DNA of 64,000 bases. Source: Candidatus Falkowbacteria bacterium. Lineage in GTDB: Bacteria > Patescibacteriota > Patescibacteriia > Patescibacteriales > UBA12465. The stretch is taken from positions 645,062-709,061 of the forward strand of contig CP066698.1 of the NCBI GenBank assembly GCA_016432645.1, given 5' to 3'. This document shows positions 30,065 to 36,925 of the stretch, piece by piece (within the stretch, counting starts at the first letter, position 1; every line of letters starts with the position of its first letter). The translations under genes and the position numbers were made by a program. Under the pieces are notes generated by a model, which searched no databases, was not told where the DNA came from, and worked only from the letters and a program-made list of their open reading frames with translations.

Positions 30065-31135
30065 TTATAAATCCAATCTTGTAACTACCCCTTTAAAAAC
30101 TTCCAGTAATAAATTTTCGCCATCCTTGATAATATCAGTAGCATATTTAGCGCCAGTTAAACAAGGGATTTTCATTTCCCGGGAAATTATAGAAGCGTGA
30201 GATAACGCGCCGCCATCATTAGTCACAATACCCTTCACTTTTTTAAGATAGGGGACAATATCTGGCTTGGTCATAGTGGTTACGAGAATCTCGCCAGCCT
30301 TAATCTTATGATAATCCTTTTTAGATAACACAACTACCGCCTTACCGCGCGCATTTCCTAAACAAGCAGCCTGCCCAGTGATTGTTTTTGTGTTCGTATC
30401 AATTTTTAAATGAGCCAGTTCTTCTTTAAGGGTTTTAGAAATATCAGCCAATCGGTATTCTTTAGTTTTTAAATCCTTAGTAATAACTAAATAACTTTTA
30501 GTCCGTTGTTTAATTTTATCCTTATCAATTTTACCAGTTTTTAAAAAAGCTAATAACTCTTGGCGCTTCATGTAGGGAGTTAAGCCTAATAGCCCTTTGT
30601 CATACTTAGCAAAACATTTGGGAAATTCGCGTTTCATGTCCATATCAATCGTATACATCCGCATTTTATCAAATCTGGTTCCGTATTTTTTTAAAAACTT
30701 TTTTATATTAGGCTTATCAGCGCCATAGCCCAAAAAAACAAAAAATAAATAATACATGACGGTTGGTAAAAAACTTTTATCCAACTCTATCAGTTTCTTC
30801 TTGATATCATTCTTGTTTTTTAAACTAGGGATTTCTTTAAATAGTTGGTAATTTCTAGCGACGAGCTCATCATAAGTATTCATCATCACTTCAACGGTCT
30901 TAGGATTCTTGGCGACCTTATCAATCAGCTTGTATGAACGTTCAACGTCCTTGGGATCGCGATAGATGTTAAGGATGTCTTTCTCGCCGGAGAACAAATT
31001 ATAAAGCAGGGTTGTTCCGACAACCTTTTCCATTTTCTTATAGGCGTCGTTGGTGTAGTCCGCCCATAAAAAGGGGTATTCTCGAGTCACCACCTTTTGC
31101 CAGTTGATTTTTGGGGTTTTGATTGTTTTGGCCAT
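30065..31135 (-). CDS. PEP-utilising-enzyme mobile (phosphohistidine swivel) domain protein with unknown helical N-terminal region
   Basis: The C-terminal 90 aa read G.A...G.A.GKAVVV...EILVTTMTKPDIVPYLKKVKGIVTNDGGALSHASIISREMKIPC, the swivel-domain signature including the catalytic His. No ATP-grasp or PEP-binding TIM domain is present. Confidence 0.65.
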   Translation of the reverse strand: MAKTIKTPKINWQKVVTREYPFLWADYTNDAYKKMEKVVGTTLLYNLFSGEKDILNIYRDPKDVERSYKLIDKVAKNPKTVEVMMNTYDELVARNYQLFKEIPSLKNKNDIKKKLIELDKSFLPTVMYYLFFVFLGYGADKPNIKKFLKKYGTRFDKMRMYTIDMDMKREFPKCFAKYDKGLLGLTPYMKRQELLAFLKTGKIDKDKIKQRTKSYLVITKDLKTKEYRLADISKTLKEELAHLKIDTNTKTITGQAACLGNARGKAVVVLSKKDYHKIKAGEILVTTMTKPDIVPYLKKVKGIVTNDGGALSHASIISREMKIPCLTGAKYATDIIKDGENLLLEVFKGVVTRLDL

Positions 31136-31165
31136 ATATTTATTGGTATATAGTGATTATAACAT

Positions 31166-31189
31166 AAAAACAGCCCGGGAGGGGCTGTT
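31166..31189 (-). terminator. hairpin plus T-run upstream of the PEP-swivel operon
   Basis: Minus strand aacagccc-ctccc-gggctgtt followed by ttt. Confidence 0.6.
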
Positions 31190-31295
31190 CGTGTTAGTTG
31201 CTGACTTGGATTAGAAAATGACAGAATTTATCTCCCCGAGGTCAAAATAGCGTCACAATTTTTATGTGGTGGTACAGGGGTAAATATTTAAACAA

Positions 31296-31883
31296 TTAAT
31301 ATAAAAAATTATATTGCTTTGTTTCTAAAGATTCACATTTTTGTTTTGCAGAACTAGTTAGTAAATAAGATGAGCATAATTCAGGTGTTTTATCTCGATA
31401 TTCAACCATATAATTATTAATATCCACTTCGGCTATGTCCGCATCAATTAATATTGATTTAATAGCCGTATTTTCAGATGTGTATCTAGGATCATTTGTT
31501 ATACAACTCTGATAAGCACCCAAGCCCGTTAATAGTCTTTCATTTTTATTAAACGCTGCTTCATTTTCATAAGGATAAAATAATGGTGAAAATGTAGTAT
31601 TTGCTCTATCAAAGTAAAATACGACACTATTTTGGACATTTTTTATACAGTCATTTTGTATTTCTCCAGCTAATTCAGACATTCTTATACTTTCTTCTTG
31701 TTGTTTTTTTTGTTTGTCTAATTCCGCTTTATCTTGAGCTATTCTTATATCCTCTGCTTGTCTTTCTTTTTCCAGATTTAATTTTTCGCGATTATAGCTT
31801 GGTAAAGAATATAAAAAATAGTAAGCAATTGATAGTGCCACTATTGTGGCCACTACACTAAAAATATTTTTGTGCTTTTCCAT
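31296..31883 (-). CDS. membrane-anchored coiled-coil protein with Cys-containing C-terminal domain
   Basis: N-terminal TM (FSVVATIVALSIAYYFLY), then a charged heptad region (EKERQAEDIRIAQDKAELDKQKKQQEE). 195 aa. Confidence 0.55.
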   Translation of the reverse strand: MEKHKNIFSVVATIVALSIAYYFLYSLPSYNREKLNLEKERQAEDIRIAQDKAELDKQKKQQEESIRMSELAGEIQNDCIKNVQNSVVFYFDRANTTFSPLFYPYENEAAFNKNERLLTGLGAYQSCITNDPRYTSENTAIKSILIDADIAEVDINNYMVEYRDKTPELCSSYLLTSSAKQKCESLETKQYNFLY

Positions 31884-31895
31884 ATTATTTTAATA

Positions 31896-32414
31896 TTATT
31901 TAGCAAAATCTGCATTGACTGTCTCAAATTTACTAAAATTAAATTTATATATTCCAAAAGATAAGACCTCTTTTTCTGTATCAATGGTATAAATTTCTAA
32001 TCTATCATGAACACACAAAGGATAATCATTATTATCTAATGTAATTAATAGTAAATCCTTATGTTTTTTTAAAAACGCGGCATTACACAAGTCAACAAAA
32101 CTAATTTGATTGTTATTAATATTTTTATTTGAGTATAAATTAGATAACACGGTAGCATTTTTAATGATCTCATTAGAACACGGTAAAACAGCGGCCACGA
32201 AAGAATTTAAATAATCTTCTTTTATCTTTCTATGAATTTGTTTTTTACATCCTTTTAAAAACTCAAAATTTATCAGATCGTTGATAATTGGTATACAGTG
32301 ATTTCCAGCTAAATATTCAAATAATTCATTAAAATAAGGCGTATTGGAATATTCATACGCCTTAATAATAAAACATGTATCTAATATAATATGATTATTG
32401 CTTACTATCGACAT
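31896..32414 (-). CDS. PIN-domain (VapC-like) putative toxin
   Basis: ILDTCFII (first Asp), a mid Glu, SFVDLCNAAF and LITLDNNDY fit the D-E-D-D PIN pattern. I chose the start at the ATG at 32414; the ORF track starts at 32435. Confidence 0.55.
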   Translation of the reverse strand: MSIVSNNHIILDTCFIIKAYEYSNTPYFNELFEYLAGNHCIPIINDLINFEFLKGCKKQIHRKIKEDYLNSFVAAVLPCSNEIIKNATVLSNLYSNKNINNNQISFVDLCNAAFLKKHKDLLLITLDNNDYPLCVHDRLEIYTIDTEKEVLSFGIYKFNFSKFETVNADFAK

Positions 32415-32547
32415 ATTTTGAAACACAAAAATCATGCTTTTCCTTATCCAATTCTAACTCTTGGGCATAAACTTTTTTAGCAAAAGTTTTTATCTTTTCG
32501 ATGTCCCAAACATAGTCCTTATTAAGTTTTATATCTTCATTATTCAT
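32395..32547 (-). CDS. untracked 50-aa ORF upstream of and overlapping the PIN gene; candidate antitoxin
   Basis: Hand translation: ATG at 32547, MNNEDIKLNKDYVWDIEKIKTFAKKVYAQELELDKEKHDFCVSKYVDSKQ, TAA at 32397-32395. It overlaps the PIN start by 20-41 nt. At under 60 aa it is absent from the ORF track. Confidence 0.4.
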   Translation of the reverse strand: MNNEDIKLNKDYVWDIEKIKTFAKKVYAQELELDKEKHDFCVSKYVDSKQ

Positions 32548-32603
32548 ATCTTTATATAACTATTATACCCTATTTATATTAATAATTATAGCTTTCTAGC
32601 CAT

Positions 32604-32632
32604 TGACAAAATGCTAATTTAGTTGTATAATG
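32604..32632 (+). promoter_or_regulatory. consensus sigma70 promoter for the HNH gene
   Basis: TTGACA, 17 nt, TATAAT, with both hexamers perfect. Confidence 0.65.
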
Positions 32633-32670
32633 CCAAGTTAAATTAAAATATCGTTTTTATTTTAAATTAT

Positions 32671-32955
32671 ATGTATAACAATTATTCAACAACCTACAGG
32701 AGTAAAAGGGGATATGTTTTCTTTAAAGCTACTAAAAAACCAGTCCATAGGTGGATAATGGAAAAAATTATAGGAGATGAATTGAGGCCAGGAACTGTCG
32801 TTCATCATAGAGACGGTAACAAAGCAAACAATAGACCAAGTAATTTGAAGCTCTTCCCTAGTCAAAAAGCTCATTTCATGTACCATTTAAACAATAAGAA
32901 AAAAACTGGTAATTGGTACGGTGCTAATAGACATTCGAGCTCATTTGATTTTTAA
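32671..32955 (+). CDS. small HNH endonuclease (HNH_3-type)
   Basis: GYVF......HRWIMEKIIG..L.PGTVVHHRDGNKANNRPSNLKLF. 94 aa. Confidence 0.8.
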   Translation: MYNNYSTTYRSKRGYVFFKATKKPVHRWIMEKIIGDELRPGTVVHHRDGNKANNRPSNLKLFPSQKAHFMYHLNNKKKTGNWYGANRHSSSFDF

Positions 32956-33022
32956 TATATTCCTATATTCATCATTTTCCGCTCAAAATAACTAAAAAAC
33001 AAACACCTTTTTCGCCACTGTT

Positions 33023-33200
33023 CCCCCAAATCCCCAGCCCTCTCGCTTGCCGCCGCCAGAAGTGCGGCGGCTGCACTCGTCCAGAGTTGGCGCCCGAAGC
33101 CCCCCCCGGAGCTTCGTTCGACGCTCGCTTACTCGCCTCGCCTTCCGTCTCGGCTCTTAGCTCACTTCCAACTAGTTCGATTCCCATTCTTTCCGTTTCC
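33023..33200. other. GC-rich hairpin-dense element of unknown nature (candidate structured RNA or foreign DNA remnant)
   Basis: Hand count gives 96 G+C in 140 nt (33023-33162) in an AT-rich genome. It contains a perfect hairpin gccgccgc-cagaagt-gcggcggc (33049-33071) and cgaagc..gcttcg (33095-33116), and it ends at the terminator at 33206-33233. Confidence 0.35.
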
Positions 33201-33205
33201 ATAAC

Positions 33206-33233
33206 AAAAAAGACTCCTTAGGGAGTCTTTTTT
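33206..33233. terminator. bidirectional terminator closing the tRNA/tmRNA unit and/or the GC-rich element
   Basis: aaaaa-agactcc-ttag-ggagtct-ttttt. Confidence 0.75.
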
Positions 33234-33241
33234 GTTCTGTG

Positions 33242-33313
33242 AGCGGGTAACGGGAATCGAACCCGTCTCTCGACCTTGGCAAGGTCGCATAATAACCACT
33301 ATACGATACCCGC
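33242..33313 (-). tRNA. tRNA-Gly (anticodon GCC)
   Basis: Reverse complement: gcgggta-tc-gtat-agtggtta-ttat-g-cgacc-ttGCCaa-ggtcg..gacgg-gttcgat-tcccg.. with acceptor gcgggta/tacccgc. Confidence 0.88.
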
Positions 33314-33333
33314 ATATTTGTATCGTTTCTACG

Positions 33334-33417
33334 TGCCGCGAGCGAGAATCGAACTCGCACTGTATCGCTACAACTGGATTTTAAGTCCAGCGCGTCTACC
33401 AGTTCCGCCATCGCGGC
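33334..33417 (-). tRNA. tRNA-Leu (anticodon TAA), long variable arm
   Basis: Reverse complement: acceptor gccgcga/tcgcggc, anticodon loop ctTAAaa, variable arm gttgtagcgatacagt, T arm gcgag-ttcgatt-ctcgc. 84 nt. Confidence 0.88.
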
Positions 33418-33444
33418 TCTTGCTTGAAGCTAAAAGCCAAGCTG

Positions 33445-33828
33445 TGGAGATGATGGGAGTTGAACCCATGTCCAATCGGTTTGTCTAAATACATTTACAA
33501 AGTTATCCCGATTTTATTGTTTTAACTTGAACCATCATAAACCGAGCAAAAGCGGTGCAAGCGATCTTCTTTTGGTTTTGATAACGCCCGAAAAGCGCAA
33601 GCGATATCTATCCTCATTTTTATGACACCAGCTGGAAGTTATGAGGCCTGGCCTCCAGTCCGATGGCTTTAGCTATTAATTAAGCTAAAACTGGGGCGTA
33701 ACTTGGTGTTGCCCAAGTAAACGCTTTTGCCGTTTTGGCATTTGTGTTTTTTTAGTCCTTTTAACGCGATTGGCTAAGCGCGCTTTGAATATTTAGAAAA
33801 AGGCCAACTGTCGATTCCTGGCATCCCC
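33445..33828 (-). ncRNA. ssrA: tmRNA (SsrA)
   Basis: The 5' end ggggatgccaggaatcgac pairs with the 3' end ggacatgggttcaactcccatcatctcca (tRNA-like domain). The internal tag frame GCC AAA ACG .. GTT TTA GCT TAA (33739-33680) encodes AKTAKAFTWATPSYAPVLA*. It lies directly downstream of smpB. Confidence 0.9.
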
Positions 33829-33839
33829 GAAATCTCTTG

Positions 33840-34304
33840 TTATCTTTTTCCTCTCTTTGTAAATGTCCGCAAATCGCGTTCGACGTCTCGTTTCTTGATT
33901 GCCTCCCGTTTATCATACCTCTTCTTTCCCTTCCCAACGGCAAATTCCAGCTTCAAAAAACTATGTTTAGTATATATTTTGATGGGGACTAGTGTCAAGC
34001 CCTCCTCCTTTTTTTTGCCTAAGAGCCGGTTAATTTCCCCCTTTTTAACTAATAATTTACGTTCCCGATTCCTGTCATAATCCGGCATAGTTCCCGCTTG
34101 TTTATAGGGCGGGATTTGGCAACCGATTAAAAATAACTCCGTTTTGCCATTAGTTGTCCGCACGCTGAGATAACTGCCCTTCAAACTCGCCTGGCCGGCC
34201 CGGACTGATTTGACTTCATGACCAAACAAAACTAGACCTGCCTCGTATTTCTCGAGCAGCTCATAATCAAAACTAGCTTTTTTGTTTATGGCCAGCGTCG
34301 GCAT
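33840..34304 (-). CDS. smpB: SsrA-binding protein SmpB
   Basis: INKKASFDYELLEKYEAGLVLFGHEVKSVR, YIPPY-like IPPYKQ, RERKLLVKK and a basic tail. 154 aa. Confidence 0.93.
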   Translation of the reverse strand: MPTLAINKKASFDYELLEKYEAGLVLFGHEVKSVRAGQASLKGSYLSVRTTNGKTELFLIGCQIPPYKQAGTMPDYDRNRERKLLVKKGEINRLLGKKKEEGLTLVPIKIYTKHSFLKLEFAVGKGKKRYDKREAIKKRDVERDLRTFTKRGKR

Positions 34305-35583
34305 AATTCCATTCTTTTAACTTAGCTAACACTTGTTCGTTAGTTAATATATTATTTAAATAAGTGGCGTAACTTTTTTCCTCCAGCATCTTCAAGACTT
34401 CTTGATTGCCGGCATATTGCTTCTTCAGCTCGTCAATCTTGTCGTTAATTTCTTTGTCGGTCGGGAAGATTTTTTCAATCACAGCAATCTCGCGCACAAT
34501 GAGAGCCGCCTTAACGCGCTTAATGGCATTCGGCATCATCTCCAGCATTAATTCATTTCTAGTTTTTTTAAGATGGCTTAAATAATCTTCAAATTTCCCG
34601 CCCTGTCTAATAACTGACTGTTCCAGCTCTAACATTAGGTTTTTGCTTTCGCTTTCAATTAACACTTCCGGGAAATCGCCAAATTTAGTTTTATCGCTGA
34701 TCTTGGCAATCATTTCCGATTCATTTTTTAAATCGGCATTATGCTTTTTTTCATGGAGCAAGCTATCTTCAATGTTCTTTTTCAAATCAGCTAAATCTTT
34801 AAGTTGGAAAAAAGTGGCGAACTCATCATTTAGTTCCGGCAAAATTCTTTCATAGACACTTTTGACTACCACTTTAAATTCTACCATCTTGCCGGCCAAG
34901 TTTTTTTGATGATGGTCGTCGGGATATGGCAGCGAGAAAGTTCTCTCCTCATCTTTTTTCATGCCTAAAATATTTTTATCAAATCCCGGGACAAAATAAT
35001 CCTTGCCCATTAAAATTGTTAAATCGTGATGATGGCCGTCTTCCAGCTGGACTTTATCCAAGAACATGTGAACGGTAGCAATTACTTTATCGCCATCTTT
35101 AATTTCCCGGTCAACAATTCTTTCGCTCGCGCGCATTTCTCTTAAATCATTCAAGGCGCGATCTATTTCTTTAGTATCAATTTTTACTTCTTCGGATTTT
35201 AAATTTAAATTTTTATATTCTCCTAAAGTAATAGTTGGCAGCAGTGAAATAATAACTTTATATTCAAGCGGATTGCCGGGAGCAAGCTTGGTGATATTTA
35301 CGCTTGGCTGGCCAACTGGCTGGCGGCCAATCGTTTCCTTCTCCACAATATCGTCTACGGTTTTCATAATCGCAATATGGGCGGCCTCCTCTAAAATACT
35401 CATTTCCCCGACTTTCTGCTTTAAAATCTCAAAAGGAACTTTTCCTGAGCGGAAACCTTCAATTTTAACGCTTTCGGATACTTTCTGGGCTCCTTTTTCA
35501 ATATAAGGCGCGAATTCCTCTTGGCTTAGTTCAATTAAAATTTCTAATTGTGATTTTTCTAAATCTTTTTTACTTACTTGCAT
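34273..35583 (-). CDS. tig: trigger factor
   Basis: GFRSGKVPFEILKQKVG ribosome-binding signature, a central FKBP-like region, and a C-terminal helical arm. Start trimmed to the ATG at 35583 (MQVSKKDLEKSQ). The 3' end overlaps smpB by 32 nt. Confidence 0.88.
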   Translation of the reverse strand: MQVSKKDLEKSQLEILIELSQEEFAPYIEKGAQKVSESVKIEGFRSGKVPFEILKQKVGEMSILEEAAHIAIMKTVDDIVEKETIGRQPVGQPSVNITKLAPGNPLEYKVIISLLPTITLGEYKNLNLKSEEVKIDTKEIDRALNDLREMRASERIVDREIKDGDKVIATVHMFLDKVQLEDGHHHDLTILMGKDYFVPGFDKNILGMKKDEERTFSLPYPDDHHQKNLAGKMVEFKVVVKSVYERILPELNDEFATFFQLKDLADLKKNIEDSLLHEKKHNADLKNESEMIAKISDKTKFGDFPEVLIESESKNLMLELEQSVIRQGGKFEDYLSHLKKTRNELMLEMMPNAIKRVKAALIVREIAVIEKIFPTDKEINDKIDELKKQYAGNQEVLKMLEEKSYATYLNNILTNEQVLAKLKEWNYADAGHKQKS

Positions 35584-35825
35584 AATATCTCTATAGTTAG
35601 CAGAAGCGGGTCTAAAACCCGCTTTGACAATGATTATTAACTTTATTTTAGCAGTTTTTAAAGAAAAATCAAGGCTCGAAAAAAGTGCTGAAAACATAAA
35701 ATGCGATTCCCAGTTGACATATTAGGTAAAAAGCTGTGAAATATCAGCATAACTAAATTAAAGTCGATTAAATCGATAAAACAAAAAAGTTCGTTAAAAA
35801 TAACTTATAGAAAAGGAGGATAACT

Positions 35826-36221
35826 ATGATTTCTAACAAAGCCTTTTATGGAATTGAATTAACCGCTTCCGGATTTGTCATCCTGTGGTTAATCAGCCAA
35901 AACTTAGTTTTGGCGGCAATCTTTGCGGCCTTTGTGGCTTATCTGTACGTTGGTTATCTAATAACTAACGGCGAAGATGAATTAAAAATGGAGAAGCTCT
36001 TCCATTTTTCACTCCGTCTTTCAATTGTAATCCTATTTGTTTCCATTTTGGAAACACTTCTCAGGTCGGCCGAAGTCCATTCCGGGCCAATCTCTCTGGC
36101 GTTCTCCTGGCCCCTTATTATCATGGGCGGGATTTTACTTTGTCTATCTCTTTTAGGAGAACTCACCATTCTCTTAAAAAGATATGAAGATTTCATCATG
36201 ATGGTAGAGGAGGGCTTCTGA
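35826..36221 (+). CDS. hypothetical membrane protein
   Basis: 131 aa with four hydrophobic helices and a strong AAGGAGG Shine-Dalgarno. Confidence 0.6.
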   Translation: MISNKAFYGIELTASGFVILWLISQNLVLAAIFAAFVAYLYVGYLITNGEDELKMEKLFHFSLRLSIVILFVSILETLLRSAEVHSGPISLAFSWPLIIMGGILLCLSLLGELTILLKRYEDFIMMVEEGF

Positions 36222-36646
36222 TGAAAAATGTATCTTGGTCTTTTTGGTCCTTAATCGGCCACTTGCTTATTTGCTTGATAGCAACCCAACTCATCTTAAA
36301 TCTGATGATTCCCGCTATCCCGGCATCCGCTCCTTATGCCATCGTTTTCAATGTTAGCTTCTGCTTGGGCGTTATCTCTGTCTGGTATGCTAAAAATTTT
36401 GACATGGACAGCTGGCATGTCGGCGCTTATTTAGCCTTAATTGCTATTCTGGCAATCATTTTTTTATTCAGTACATTTGACTGGATACTAGGATTTGATT
36501 TGATTCCTGTTCCTTGGCGCTATGTCGCGGTATTTGAATCTTTGCCACTTGCTTCAATGTTTATCGGCTTTTTAATAATCATTGCCGCCGATATCAGCTT
36601 CTGGCCCGCTGGAAAAAAATATTCCGGCGAGAGACAGCCCGCTTAA
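36221..36646 (+). CDS. hypothetical membrane protein
   Basis: 141 aa with four hydrophobic helices. TGATG stop/start overlap with the preceding gene. Confidence 0.6.
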   Translation: MKNVSWSFWSLIGHLLICLIATQLILNLMIPAIPASAPYAIVFNVSFCLGVISVWYAKNFDMDSWHVGAYLALIAILAIIFLFSTFDWILGFDLIPVPWRYVAVFESLPLASMFIGFLIIIAADISFWPAGKKYSGERQPA

Positions 36647-36663
36647 ACTAAAGCTCCCAGACA

Positions 36664-36858
36664 ATGAACCAGTTAACAAGAAAAAGTTTTATGGCTGATT
36701 ATCAATTAGCCATAGGACAAAAAAACAGAGAGGAGGCAGTTAAAAAAGTATTCGCTAAATATGAAGAATTTCTTCTGTCTTTAAGTATCATGGAAGCTAT
36801 AAATCTCGGAGCTGAAATGGGATTCTGGTCTAAAACAATCGCCACTAAGTTTAACTAA
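36664..36858 (+). CDS. hypothetical small protein
   Basis: 64-aa ORF, third in the same-strand cluster. Confidence 0.4.
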   Translation: MNQLTRKSFMADYQLAIGQKNREEAVKKVFAKYEEFLLSLSIMEAINLGAEMGFWSKTIATKFN

Positions 36859-36925
36859 GCGGCTTCGTCCTTTCAAAAAAGGCTTGGAAAAATCCAAGCC
36901 TTTTTTATTTTTGTTTTTCTAAAGT

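Noticed and set aside
33171-33190. The string gttcgattccc, identical to a tRNA T-loop/T-stem and similar to the tRNA-Gly 3' half. I considered it as a tRNA fragment or an att-site duplicate marking an integration boundary.
   Set aside because: Flanking bases do not form a T stem or an acceptor stem. The match is only about 11-13 nt, and it is inverted relative to tRNA-Gly, so it is not a direct att repeat.
32972-33202. A 76-aa minus-strand ORF (METERMGIELVG..GGASGANSG..) covering the GC-rich element.
   Set aside because: The Gly/Ala/Arg/Ser-rich composition is what any frame of roughly 69% GC DNA gives. There is no ribosome-binding context, and it runs through perfect hairpins. I cannot fully exclude it, so the region is reported as an element of unknown nature.
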